DNA of 64,000 nt from Botryllus schlosseri (GCA_051294905.1 CM119372.1:27406001-27470000); one strand, 5' to 3'. Positions 13,366-25,570 are shown, counted from the first letter of the stretch. Numbers and translations: made by a program. The notes: generated by a model from the letters alone, not told the origin.

Positions 13366-14343
13366 AAAATAAAGGTGGATTTTAGGGTGGAATTAGGGTG
13401 GAAATATTGTTTCCACTCATGATCAAAGGAGGGTGACTATAATACACCTCCTGAAAGGTGATATCCTTCTTTCCACCCCTATTTGACCGTGGATGATGAA
13501 TCCGCCTATACGCGTGAGGTGCGCATACGGGGTTGTTGTCGCGAAATTTAATGCGTGTGCCCAAGGTGGCTGGTTAAACACACATATGAAGGCCGGAAGG
13601 ACATTGGTATGTAATATGTGACCCTCATATCGGTACACAGAGACAGCGAGATAATAGTTATAAGCCAACCGCGCAACCGTGCACATAATCATTGAATGAA
13701 AATCTCTATCTTCATTGCGGGGAGCAGATATTTGTTCAATGTTCAGTTTGAAAGTGTTGGAATCAACAATTATTCAATCGTCCGTTGGTCGTCCGCTGTA
13801 CTAGTAGTTCGTCCGTTACTATATAGGTTACTACGTATGTTAGTTATATGCCGTTACCGTATATAGTTAGAAGTTTGTTGTTGCCATTGTTACGGTGCGA
13901 GTTACTAGGTCTGTGATTTTTACTGTGACGTCAGAATGATACAGACGGTGAATGAAATCGTCAGACTGATGCCTGCTTCTGATTGGTTGTTGTATCACTA
14001 AAAAGTTCGGGTGGTAAAAAGATGGCGCCGACAACACAGTTGTCTTCGACAAATTTTGTAGTAAGAGAAGCGAGTTTTTGTGAGTCCATGGAGTATACGA
14101 GAGGGAGATAGTTGGCTTTGGATTATGGATTGGCGTTGTCATGCTTGTATTAGAAATGCGTTATCGTGTTGGACATACTTGCCCAGCCTGTCAAGTCTTC
14201 GGCTGTGAAATTGGATCGTGCAATCACATTGCCACGGCATGCAACAGCTACAGATGCCATTTAGATTCTCATCACATGACGGTGCAGGCCAGATACCAGC
14301 TATTCATGAACATTTGCTAATCAATCTGTCTGTTTAGGTAGCC

Positions 14344-14568
14344 ATGAAATTGTTAGTTAAGCTATCAAATTATTGTCCGCTGATTACTGTCGACGACGCT
14401 TCTGAGATAAGAAGAGAGGTTTCGGAAATACACAAAGGTGAACTCCATGATCGTGACTTCAAAATCCAGTGTTATGACAGAAGATTAGGCCAGTATCTAG
14501 ATCTGGAGTATGCGGATGTCGGAGATGATGACGTCTTCAAAGAGGACATTGCAATATGCCAAGTAATT
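14344..14568 (+). pseudogene. Likely first exon of the EnSpm accessory (SAMD3-like) protein
   Basis: GCCATG start. FKIQCYDRRLGQYLDL resembles the N-terminal motif of animal EnSpm ORF2 proteins. GTAAGT donor at 14569. Confidence 0.45.
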
Positions 14569-14787
14569 GTAAGTAAGCACACACTGAATTCACATCATTT
14601 ACTTGCTGCTAGCTGAACATTTTTTAGTAGTCCAATTCTAGTGAGATAGTCGTTACATTTCTATTGTCGAATTTATCCAGCGTATAATTCACTGGTAGCC
14701 GTGGCCCGTCGGTATACATGTTTTGTAAGACCGAATTCGGCAGTACGCTTCTTGTTTTGTAATGCCACCCCTGGTCTGCTCATATAC

Positions 14788-15169
14788 TAGGCTTACCATA
14801 CGTCCTCTTTTGAGAGGATTTGTCCTCTTTTTTGACTTTTTTGAAAGTGTCCTCGGAGGACGCCCTTGTGTCCTCTTTGAGATTTTGTCCTCTTTTTTGA
14901 AAATTTAGGTCAGATTTAGAGCAAATTGCGAGTGATATGCCGCAAATTAGCACAGAAGTGAAGCTCCGGGAGGTATTTCGGAGTGAAAAACGGTGATTTG
15001 AGCTCTGAGCGAAAAGGTGACCGTTTTTTTTAATTTTTATTTTTTAGTCATCAAATGTGGAGAGAAAAACGGTATTTTGAGAATTCTACAGAATTCTACT
15101 CCGGTTTTGCAAGTTTTAAATTTCTGAAAAAGTGTCCTCTTTTTAGATTTCCAAAATATGGTAAGCCTA
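14788..15169. mobile_element. Small hAT MITE nested in the EnSpm element
   Basis: TIR TAGGCTTACCATA, TSD TCATATAC/CCATATAC (7/8), GTCCTCT subterminal repeats. Confidence 0.8.
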
Positions 15170-17197
15170 CCATATACCTGCTTTTGATTGCGCTTGCGTA
15201 ATATTGATAGTACATTGACTCTTGCTGGTGCGAGACAACATTGTTGTGTTTAAGAACTACGATTGGTTGTGTGTCGCACGTCCAACAGCTTTCAAAAATG
15301 CTTCATGAAGACTAAGTTTCGGTGTCACTGTACTGAATGTCCTATCAAGTTAATTTGAATATTCCACGCCCGCAAAAGTAAAGTATATGCATATTGCATA
15401 TTGTATATCCACACAAGTGCATGCCATCTCACAGTTTGAAAAGCAATGCTGCAAAGCCAATTTTGGTTCTGTCAGTATTCCTTGCTCCCATAAGTACTCA
15501 TCTTTTTACCCAGGTAAATATTGCATTGCCGAGAAAGTGAGTGATCCATTGGATGTGCTGTCGGAAATCGCCCTCAATTCGACGCCAGGTACTCATGACG
15601 GAAACGACAGTTCTGGTGAGTTATACTAAATTTTGAACTGAGCTGTTGGTTTTAACAGAACTTACGATCTCGTCAATTATGCAATCAAGTAATTAATTGT
15701 GATCCATTATTTGCCATATGTGCTCATTAGTCATGTTCAATTGTACAGCAATCAACATCAGGACTTGCCATGAGTTTTTGTGCCGTTTTTGATCCATGCC
15801 AGGGGGATCAACCTGTAGCCTTAGAAGCCGATATGAATAAATAGGTGAGCTCGGAGTATAAAATAAATGGACATAATCGACAATTTAATGCGGATATTTG
15901 GCTTCAAGTTGGTGCATTACGACTGTGCGCTGGAATGCGGCCGCATGCTGTTTCAATATTAGGAAATCAGGCCGTGAATAGCAAAAAGGTTGGTCAACCC
16001 TGATCTACACCAATGCCTCCATAGCAAACAACACACTTATGCTCTGTAAGTTAGTTGTATTTTGTATTACAGAATCTGACGATCTGGACTGGATGGTTAC
16101 ATTGGTTAGTCTAACTGCCATTTTCCTCAAAAATAAACTTCTTCCTGTCTGATCAGGTACGAATATTTATCGATATTATCAAGCAGTTGTTTGATTTGAA
16201 GTATACATAATTCGGGACTGTCAGAACGATTCGACAGTCCTAGTCGAACTTTGCATTTTATAGCAACTATGTAATTGTAGTTTAAACACATTTTTTCAAC
16301 GGTATACATCCCATTGCTATTGAATCGTTTTTAGTCTGGCAGCCTTTCATAACTAATCATTTGGCTGGGAATTCGACAGCAGAGCAGTCATATTTTTTAT
16401 AGCTGCAACCGATGAAATAAGATCAGATAAGGGCATTTGAATATTTACTCCTTCTCAAACGCCCTGCTGTTGACAAGCCCGTGCACCCTTTTCGTCGCAG
16501 TGAAGCAGTGGTGTACAAATGGCGTTTCGCAAAGCAATTTCTGGGTGTCCACACACTCAATTGGCAACATGAATGATAACCTAATTTTTAGGCCCAGATT
16601 CAGATCATCACGCCGTGTATTTAGGCGATTACAAGTATATAAGTGGTGATCTGCAAGCCATGTTAGTGTTATATACTTCAAGTGGACATCTTCAGTAGTA
16701 CAACTTTTTCAAAAAGTAGAACTAAACGCATAATTTTAGCTGTATTTCGAAGGTGGCCACTTTTCAACTCGATAGATGCATATTCGCAACTTACTCAATA
16801 TGAGTAATAACATGACAGTTGCAGTAAAACAGAGTTACAAATTTAAAAACTTTTGAGGGTGTCCAGCCCGCAGGACTGGACGGTCAAAAAGAGGTCGGCA
16901 TGGTGACGATAAAAAGTTGGTGTCAGCGTGGGCTGCTGACTAACACCTGGTTGTCAAGTCCATCTAATGTTCATATGCCCGAGCCAGAGGCGTTAAACGC
17001 AGTTAACAAGGCTATACTGAAGTAGAAGTAGGAAGACATAATTTTACTCGGTACGAGTTATGTTGTAAACCAGCTACAAGTAGAAGTAGTTTGACAGTCT
17101 TTTGATACTACTCAAGTGAGCATGTATTTTTGAATAGTTATAATACACTGCCAATATGTATGTTTGACCTGTTTCACAATACCAAACCTTTCTTCAG

Positions 17198-17404
17198 ATG
17201 CCCAGATCAGCCTACCTTACAATTTGTTCTGCTGTGGAAAAGAAGGAGTGGGCCATCTACTTTGATGGGGAGACAGTCCGAGATATCAACAGCTTCCATG
17301 AGGGATTTGCAGTGATGCTTTCAGTCTACTGGATATTCGACATACAGTTTTCGACAAACATCAGAAATTCCCTCACTTTCATGTCAGTTCTAGCACACTG
17401 TTGA
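17198..17404 (+). pseudogene. Last exon of the EnSpm accessory (SAMD3-like) protein
   Basis: Acceptor TTTCTTCAG ends at 17197. FAVMLSVYWIFDIQF...LTF matches the conserved C-terminal motif (..YY.FNL.YP...L.F). AATAAA at 17461. Confidence 0.55.
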
Positions 17405-20400
17405 AAGAGATGAGTTCTGCTGTTCGCACCAAACTTGGTAAAATCTGGGACTAATTTAAAAATAAAGTTTTGGAATAAAGGCGATGTTGTGATTTATGTC
17501 AACGTGGATTATGAAGATTTAATTTAGATGTTGTGCGCATCGAAGTCGTTTGACGAAGATATCCGGATAGGATGAGGTGGTATCTGGATAGGCTGATGAG
17601 GGGGTTTACTGATAGCATAGGGGAGGAAAATTTTCCACCTGACATAGGTGGGGGAGCCCACCACCCTTTACGGGTGGAGAAAATACCACCTCCTTTGGGT
17701 GATTTTTGAAACACCTCTGTAAGGTGGCCACAGTTTTTACAGTGTAGGACGTGATTTTCATCATATCATTATTCTCGCGTATCGCGGTAATGTGTTGTAT
17801 TTGTATGGATAGAATATGAAGTGTTAAATCTATCTGATGCCAAATGGACTTAAATTTACTATGTACCAATCTTAAGATGATTCGAGTGAACTTTTACGTA
17901 TGACTACGCAAACTGTATTGACTGCACTCCTACTTGACGTTTCAGAAATACGGAATAACTCGTGACTCTGAGCAAAATTTTATGAGTTAATATTATTATT
18001 ATTATGCTACATGTAAGTCAGCGAATGATGCTTACTAAACCAATCAATTATATCAGTGTTTCCCAAACTTTTTTGTCAGCGCCCCCGACCCCCTCACCAT
18101 GCCTTAATCATAAAACGGAAGTTGTTCTGCATTTATTACAGCTAATAATGAGACGGATGAAGCTGGTATATTATTATCATCATTCTCGTCATATTGGGTT
18201 TGAGTTTTGATTGTAAAATCTCCAGTCTCCACGTCCTGTACTGTCAAGTCGGTTTCTGCTGTGGGTCAGAAACCTGGTCACGACCCTGAAAACACGTTCT
18301 ATAATGAGCGCGGAAGGACAACGACGAAAAAGTCACCCCGACTCCGTGATAGTATTTCTACATGCTTTAAATGTGTATAAGGAACGATTGCTTTGGGTTG
18401 AGCTCAAAATTATTCTATACTACCATATAATCAGCTCATCAATCATTTCATGCTCGGAAACTTCACAGAATGGATTGATTACCCGGTAAGGAGTTTCTAA
18501 TTGGACTATATCCTGGAATCAAGTCAGCATATCCTCGTGCAGTTTTCCGAGATGATTGAATTAGGTTTCTCCATCAAAATCAGGTATTCGAGCAGGACCG
18601 GTGGCTAATGAAAGCTTGAGAATTGCAACAGTTCTTGTCGCAAAATCTCGGTGAAATATCACGGGCTTATCACTGAATTCGGACAGGGTCATTTTCACCG
18701 TTATCAGCTTCATCATTTCTGAGAACGGATATATTCTGCTCATAAATTTTTGAAAATGTGCGCCTCAAGTAGAAACGATACTGTTTTTCGCAACCAGAAC
18801 GCCGTGTCGAAGGCCACGGTGGCAGCTCATTGGAAAATTCACGGTCGTTTGAAATCAATTAAAATCACGCAATACAGTTTCTCTTAAAAAGCTATACACG
18901 TTGCAGTGAGCAATAACTGCTCAAATACTTCGTAGTTTTCACAGCGAACCACACTTTATAGGGATTCTGCCGACTGCTAAATTAGTCCATTGAGGGGCAG
19001 GATCAACATTTTCATGTAAAAATGGACTTTTCCGGTATAGCTGACTAAATGGACTGTGTATGTAGCTGCCAGGGCTGTGGAGTCGGAGTCGGAGTCGGTG
19101 GAGTCGGAGTCGGAGTCTGGTTAATTTTTGCTTGATGGAGTCGGAGTCGGAGTCGGAGTCGTGAAAACTGTAGTGGCTGGAGTCGGAGTCGGAGTCGGAG
19201 TCGAGAAAAAAATACTGACTGGAGTCGGAGTCGGAGTTTGTGAAAATGACCCTGACTTCGACTCCGACTCCGACTCCAACTTCTTTATCATGAAAACAAT
19301 TGCATTCAGAGGTATCTTTAAATTACTAATATTACCTATAATAGGATTTTTATGTACCATCAATACTGTTAATAGTAACGATACAGATCAGGAGCGGCCA
19401 AACCGTGCCCTCCAGGCCAAATGAGGTTTTGTATGGCCTGAGAGGTAATTCTCCAAATTAGATAAAACACCAGGTAAAATTTCAAGGCCAACCAAAATCT
19501 GATTAGCCTGACTGCGAAATTTGATGATGACTATAAAACATCAGTTTCGAGTGGTTTAGCCCTTGTTGACGTAAAATTCACAAATTTTAGGCTGCCTACA
19601 ACCGACAGGTGAGACTTGCAGTAGTTCCAGATAAAATTCGGCATTAAAAGCACGAACCGCTGAAGTAGTTCTTCACGACCACAGGTACAGTGTTGCCCCA
19701 AGACGCCGTTGTTAGGCCACGCAGGGGGATCGCTTTTAATGTGATGGTGCCTCATCGAAAAAGGTCTATTATAGTTCAATCGCGATCTTAATCGGTTTGT
19801 TCAATATACCTTGCTCCCCGGAATTAGCCCTAAGTTATCCCACATTTTTCTTTCCGATAATCGTCAATTTCAATGCGGGAGAGGTAAAAGCCTGACTATC
19901 GACTAATTCAGTAATCTATGTCTTTGTTATTTATTTCGTCTGTTTTGTTCCAAGATATTAATCATCCACAAACATAGCATTTGCGTTTTTCATAACTGTA
20001 GTTCCGAACAATAACAGCGCCGTGTTTCGTGTGATCCCAAAAATTGTTGATCGAAGAGAAGCTCTAGGTTAAAATGCTTCATCCAGTTGGGAAGGAGGGG
20101 AACGGGGAGGCAGCAACTTCGTGATCCCAGAAATGGTGTACCGCCGAAGCAAGTACTATACTTAGCCTAGGCCCAGGTGAGTTTCGACACCTCTAGTAGG
20201 CTACATCTTTTCATTATATCTTGTGATTTATTGATTCGATAAAATTAATAATGATAATAAACTCCTCCAGTGCACAGATTGCTGTAACCAACATAGCCTC
20301 AATTTCAGTGAACATTAGGCAATTCTAGCTTCATCTGAATAAGGACCCATGGATTTCTTGTTCCTCTCGTTCAATGATCTCATTTATTTGATCACTTCTG

Positions 20401-21429
20401 CAGAGATCGCTACCCCATATTACTGCACATAGCTGACATATCCTTACTTTCGTTTGCTGGGATTTATTTAAATACGCCGAAACAATGAATACGTAGAATA
20501 ACCATAAGATGGCTGCAGCAGTGCCTTTTGATATGTCACATGATGCTGAATTTTCTCTATCTGCGATTATCACAGCCACCACGTAGTTGACAGTTATAGC
20601 ATTCACATCATCACCATTGCAGTGAGAAGATTTTGAATCCAGGCTAGGGAAATTCCGAGGCAGGCTCCGATAATAACTACAAGTTGGCGAGTAGTGCACT
20701 CCAGTGTTTATATAGCTCAGTGGTTAGTACTGGAAAGACAACCCGAATCATTATTATTATTATTTAGACTTGTGACCAGAGGTTAAACGTTTTACCAGTT
20801 TTGTTGTGTAACAATGAAATTCATATCGCACTGACGACAACGTTCATAACGTGACCAAAGGGAAATAGTTTCGTTAACTACGGTAGGGGTAGATAATATT
20901 GTAGGAGCATGTAATATAGAATGAGGTGAGAAGTCGAGTCGAACGCGTTTTGCCTGTAGGTGGTAGAAATATATCTATGGGTTAAAAATATTACCGGTAA
21001 ATATCTCTCATGGACGCGTTACTGGACACAATGTATTCTTGTAGTTAGACAGGGGTAGTGAAAGCAGTGTACGCCGGTACTGTAGCGTGTAGGGTGAGTC
21101 TGTGCCTCCTATATGTTTTTTTGCTTTGTTGATTGTAAACTCGACATTGATATGTAGACTTCAGGATAGACCAAATTATTACGCTATGAGATGTATTCTT
21201 GTCTGACTATAGAGTAGCAGGAGTGTTGTTGTGCCAGATATCGACTAAATTGTATCGTTTTGATTTCATATTTTCACTATATAGCTATGTAGAGAGTAGG
21301 CCATAAAACCTATCCCAGCGAATCTGCCATAGCGTGATTTTCCATGTATAATATGCACCCTGAAATGACTTGTAGATTCTGGGGGAAAGCCTGTACGCTT
21401 GTATAGCATAGTATAGTACGCACCATATA

Positions 21430-21690
21430 GCCGACAAGATAACGTAATGGTGAAGCGTCCGGCTTCTTGATCAGTGAGTCTGGGGTTCGATTCCTGACCG
21501 GTTCACACCAAAGACCTGATTAGTAACACTGGTATCCACAACCTCTCTACTTGGCGCTCATGCATTAATGGAATAGCATGGATGGACGGGTGGTGCAAGA
21601 CGTAGATAGCCGTAAAATGCTATATCTGTACCTTGCTCGTTTAGCGGAATATCCACTCATGAGTCGGTGTATATGCCGCATAAACATCAA
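21430..21690 (+). mobile_element. tRNA-derived SINE
   Basis: A-box-like TAACGTAATGG, B box GGTTCGATTCC (21484-21494), then ACACCAAAGAC...CTTGGCGCTCA.GCATTA, which resembles a widespread metazoan SINE core. Confidence 0.7.
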
Positions 21691-22157
21691 AGACAAAAAT
21701 TAACCACGTCCTTTACTTCCCTACCCTGCATCCACAGTAGTCTACATGAATAGTAAACTCGTAAATGCCGATTATACAAGCTTCTAGTGTTGACGAACTG
21801 GTGCGTATGATATAGGTTACCAGCAATGGTAATGTTTCAGTATTGTTGTAGACATGCATAATGTGCAGTGTGAACCCAAAATTCAGTAACATTTTGCGCA
21901 TTATACCGGGAAAATCACGGTCCTAATATATTTTCAAATGGCCTATGTTATGACAAGATTGCAGCCATGATAGAGTCAAACTATTCCAATGTTTGACCTA
22001 TTTATATTTTGGGTGCTCTTTATTGTTTCTTAGAACATGATTGTGTATGATGTGAATGCACTTCATTGTTTCTTTGAACATGATTGTCATATTAGGCTTT
22101 TCGAAGTACAGAACTTCAATATTGCAGCAAACAATACATTCATATTGTTAAATTTAT

Positions 22158-22197
22158 TCCACTGGAAGCTTTTCGACTGGCTCTCTTCAGCAGTGAA
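22158..22197 (-). ncRNA. Minimal type I hammerhead ribozyme motif (antisense copy)
   Basis: Exact reverse complement of 22295-22334. Confidence 0.7.
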
Positions 22198-22294
22198 CGC
22201 CAGTAAATGAGGTTAACCAAGTACTTGTCATTATTACGTCACAACGACAAAATTCTTTCTGTATTTCGAACTTGGTTAACCTCATTTACTGGCG

Positions 22295-22334
22295 TTCACT
22301 GCTGAAGAGAGCCAGTCGAAAAGCTTCCAGTGGA
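22295..22334 (+). ncRNA. Minimal type I hammerhead ribozyme motif
   Basis: TTCACTG-CTGAAGA-GA(GCCAG)TC-GAAA-AGCT-TC^-CAGTGGA: stem I, both core boxes, short stem II, palindromic AAGCTT stem III. Predicted cleavage after C22327. Confidence 0.72.
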
Positions 22335-22476
22335 ATAAATTTAATAATATGAACGTATTGTTTGCTGCAAGATTGTCATATTGTGTATCATTGGTTTGTT
22401 CTTGAATTTCCAGACAAATCTCATAACTTTGAGCATCGCTATTTAGAATTCACATCGAATAGTATAGACCTTCCTG

Positions 22477-24471
22477 ATGAGCGCAAAGAATCCACTGAAA
22501 TCCAGTGCACACGACTATTTCATTTTAAGTGAAGATGGCGGAAATTATATATGTCAATGTGAAATTGACATAGGAAGAATATGTGGAACCAAAATAAGTA
22601 GTTTTGGTGGTAAAGATAAGAATGCTGCTCCAACTAGAACATTCAATCTCAAAAGGCATTTGGCACGTAGTCATCCTGAAATCATGATAATAGTTGAAGA
22701 AAAAGACAAAAGACATGCTGCAACAACAGCATCAGGAATTCAGCGACCAACCAAATCTAGTGACGCCCGAAAGTCTATATCAAGCTTCTTCAAATCAGAC
22801 AAAGTTACAATTACAATGACTGCAGATAATTTCAAGAAACATCTAATTGATTTAGTTGTGCAAAACGGACTACCTTTGCGGTTGTTTAGTCAACCGGCTT
22901 TCCAAGGAATATCTGGTGAAATGGCTACGAAGCTTGGGGTCTCTTTGGATAGACAGAATGTCCGTAACATTATCATCGAAGAGGCAAAAAGTAAAAAAGA
23001 AGCTATCACAAAAACTCTGCAAAATAAGTTTGTCTTTTTGAAAATGGATGCAGCAACACGACACAGAGTTAATTACTTCGCAATAAATGTAAGGTTTGTT
23101 AATGATAGTAATCAAACCATTACTGAAACTCTTGCTGTCAAAGACACCAAAGCTCATCATGAAAGCGTTTATCTCCAGAGCTTAATCGAAGATGTTTTGA
23201 AGGAATTCGAAATAAAAAAATCACAAGTTCTCTGCATTGTTACTGATAATGCATCCAATATGGTAAAGACAATTGAAAGATTGAATGAAGCAAATCAATT
23301 TGATAGTGACACAGCCATGGATGTTGTTGATAGTGATAGTAATAGTACTGAAGGAGATAGCATAGTAGAGCATGAGATGGAAGAATTGGATCACCCTGAT
23401 GAAGTAATTGATGATATTCTTGAAGAGTCGTCGAAGCTTTCCTTGATAAAACACATGCGATGTGCGGTGCACACTTTACAGTTGGCAATTAGAGATGGTT
23501 TGAAAGAAAAGCGCACTGCTTCATTAATTAGCAAGATCAGGCAAATAGTGACAGCATGCAGAACTCCTAAGATTGGAGCAATTTTGAAGAGGAGGTTGGG
23601 AAAAGGAGCTTTGATTGACCAGGTGACTCGCTGGGGGAGTACTTATATGATGGTCAGAAGGTTACTGGAGTTGAAAACATCATTGGAGGATTTAGATAAT
23701 CCTAATGTGGTGCTTAGTACAGCACAATGGAGTGAGGTTGAAAACTTAGAGCGTGCGCTTTCACTTCCCTTTTTAGTCACAAAAAAACTACAAACAGAAG
23801 ATTTGACAGCAGGTGCTTTCGTGTACGAATGGAAAAACCTTGCCTTTCAACTTGGCCAATTGGGAGGATCGGTTGCAAATGGCATCACATCATCTATGGC
23901 AAAAAGGGAAGCCCTACTTTTTGAGAACGATCTGCTTCTGGCTGCTGTGTTCGTAGATCCAAGGAACAGGGTGCTCTTAACTCCTGATCAAATGATTCAA
24001 GCCAAAGCTGCTTTGTGCGACATTGCCACGAGAATGAGAGGATTGTTGCCAGAGGATCTCCAGCAAACTCAAGACAATTTAGCAGATGCAGAATGCCATT
24101 CTTCATCAAGTAATGACGAAACAAGTTTTGAAAAGTATTTAGATCGAAGGGAAAAAGATCTGGCCAAACGAAAGCGCGTTGAGAAAACTGCACCGGTCAA
24201 TGTCCAGTTGGCAGCTTTTAAAAAACTGTTCAACACTGCACTGGAAGAAATTGAGAAATACGATAGAACATGCAAGATGCCACTTCATGAACTAATTGAT
24301 ATTTACCCTGATGAAATCAGGAGTGTGGCAACAATTGTCACTGCATTGCCACCGACTCAAGTCAGTGTGGAAAGGCTCTTTTCAGCATTGAAGTTGATCA
24401 AATCTGATCTAAGGTCATCGATGAAAGAAGATCTTGCAGAGGCAATCTTGTTTCTCAGAAATGTAAATTGA
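22477..24471 (+). CDS. hAT-superfamily DDE transposase, 664 aa, uninterrupted
   Basis: BED-like zinc finger (C..C...NLKRHL.RSH), catalytic motifs KMDAAT and VTDNASNM, CxxH (RCAVH), TRWGST, and C-terminal dimerisation motif VSVERLFS. Confidence 0.95.
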   Translation: MSAKNPLKSSAHDYFILSEDGGNYICQCEIDIGRICGTKISSFGGKDKNAAPTRTFNLKRHLARSHPEIMIIVEEKDKRHAATTASGIQRPTKSSDARKSISSFFKSDKVTITMTADNFKKHLIDLVVQNGLPLRLFSQPAFQGISGEMATKLGVSLDRQNVRNIIIEEAKSKKEAITKTLQNKFVFLKMDAATRHRVNYFAINVRFVNDSNQTITETLAVKDTKAHHESVYLQSLIEDVLKEFEIKKSQVLCIVTDNASNMVKTIERLNEANQFDSDTAMDVVDSDSNSTEGDSIVEHEMEELDHPDEVIDDILEESSKLSLIKHMRCAVHTLQLAIRDGLKEKRTASLISKIRQIVTACRTPKIGAILKRRLGKGALIDQVTRWGSTYMMVRRLLELKTSLEDLDNPNVVLSTAQWSEVENLERALSLPFLVTKKLQTEDLTAGAFVYEWKNLAFQLGQLGGSVANGITSSMAKREALLFENDLLLAAVFVDPRNRVLLTPDQMIQAKAALCDIATRMRGLLPEDLQQTQDNLADAECHSSSSNDETSFEKYLDRREKDLAKRKRVEKTAPVNVQLAAFKKLFNTALEEIEKYDRTCKMPLHELIDIYPDEIRSVATIVTALPPTQVSVERLFSALKLIKSDLRSSMKEDLAEAILFLRNVN

Positions 24472-25152
24472 ATGAATATAATTGGGCCTGCCAATAATAA
24501 TCAACAATCCGCAAACATTTGTCACTGCAATTTTGATTTGATAGCAATTCGTTTGGGTATGAGTGAGAACATTTCATTGATATTGAGAACAAAGCTTAGT
24601 GATCGCTCGAAGAGTGAAATAATGCCATAACCATGTCTTTATGGAATACTGCAAAGTTGGAATCAATAATTCGGACATAGGTTGGCAGATAATATTATTA
24701 ACTAAGTGATGTAGTAACAGTATCATTTTCTTGAGTCGATTCATAGGAATGTTGGAGTCGGAGTCGGGAGTCGGAGTCGTGTAAGAAAAATAGTTGGAGT
24801 CGGAGTCGGAGTTGGAGTCGGTGCGTTTTAAGATTCAGGAGTCGGAGTCGGAGTTGGAGTCGGACTATTGGAAATGTCTGGAGTCGGAGTCGGAGTTGGA
24901 GTCGGTGGTAAAATTCACCGACTCCACAGCCCTGGTAGCTGCTTTATTCATCAATCGTTTCATCACTATGCAGCATTTGCCTTTTACACCTACACCCCCC
25001 CCCCCCATTTGCGCTCTCTCTCTTGCTCTCTCTCCACCTCCACCGAGTTTTATAGCCGGCGCCCCCAATCGTCCATCGCCCATCTCCCCCTTCACTATCG
25101 CGAACGCCCCCAGGGGGCGCTGGTGCCCACTTTGGGCGTCACTGAATTATAT

Positions 25153-25570
25153 TGACATAAATAAAACATCGTTGTCTACTGTAAATAAATCTAGCAGGCG
25201 TACGGGATCCATCTTGATTTGATATGTTTATTGTATCATAAAAACGAAATCAGTGCGATTTATCTTATGAATGGGGTAACATCGGTAGCAAGTATAGTAA
25301 CCCGTTTTTCACTCCGCTCAATATCAGCGTAGCAATACTCAGACGCTGAGTGCATCGTTCGGTCTGGCCTAGACCGTTAAGGAGTAGGCTCATGTGGCCT
25401 GAGTTGTCGGTACGTATCGTGTACATTAATATATCACTTCACTGATACGTAGGGTTGCTATTAGCAATATGACGCCACGTGCTGTCATACGTTCACTTTC
25501 ACGTTCACACAAAACCTTTAAAAAAGGTTCGCGTTCACACAACCTGAACCTTCTAAAGGTTCACACAATT
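25153..25570 (+). mobile_element. Right part of a GTTCAC-family MITE (left part at about 17960-18045), split by the 18054-25144 element
   Basis: Both pieces are colinear with 61990-62548 and 63692-63750. Confidence 0.65.

Larger units (their letters stand above)
13358..17744 (+). mobile_element. Non-autonomous EnSpm/CACTA (CMC) element with remnants of a spliced accessory gene
   Basis: Ends CACTGTAAAAA...TTTTTACAGTG, 2-bp TA TSD (13356-57 and 17745-46), GGTGG/CCACC subterminal repeats. Confidence 0.8.
22094..22370. mobile_element. Penelope-like pLTR fragment forming a 101-bp inverted repeat
   Basis: Arms 22122-22222 and 22270-22370 (2 mismatches, 47-bp loop). Flanked by the 12-bp direct repeat GATTGTCATATT at 22082-22093 and 22371-22382. 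Contains a hammerhead motif followed by AATAAA. Confidence 0.7.
19070..24934 (+). mobile_element. Full-length, potentially autonomous hAT transposon (5,865 bp)
   Basis: TIR CAGGGCTGTGGAGTCGG, perfect TSD GTAGCTGC at 19062-19069 and 24935-24942, GGAGTC subterminal arrays at both ends, intact transposase ORF. Confidence 0.93.
18054..25144 (-). mobile_element. hAT-Charlie/Buster deletion derivative hosting the intact hAT
   Basis: Ends CAGTGTTTCCCAAA...TTTGGGCGTCACTG, TSD AATTATAT at 18046-18053 and 25145-25152. Minus-strand remnant HLGKLHEDML.xFQDIVQLETP..INPF at about 18400-18600. Confidence 0.75.

Noticed and set aside
19121..19424. TP- and GV-repeat ORFs (also ESESE at 24794)
   Set aside because: These are translations of the GGAGTC subterminal repeats of the hAT.
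20711..20730. tRNA-like TAGCTCAGTGGTTAG
   Set aside because: No B box or cloverleaf follows.
21430..21505. Functional tRNA gene
   Set aside because: No proper acceptor stem, and it runs into a SINE body.
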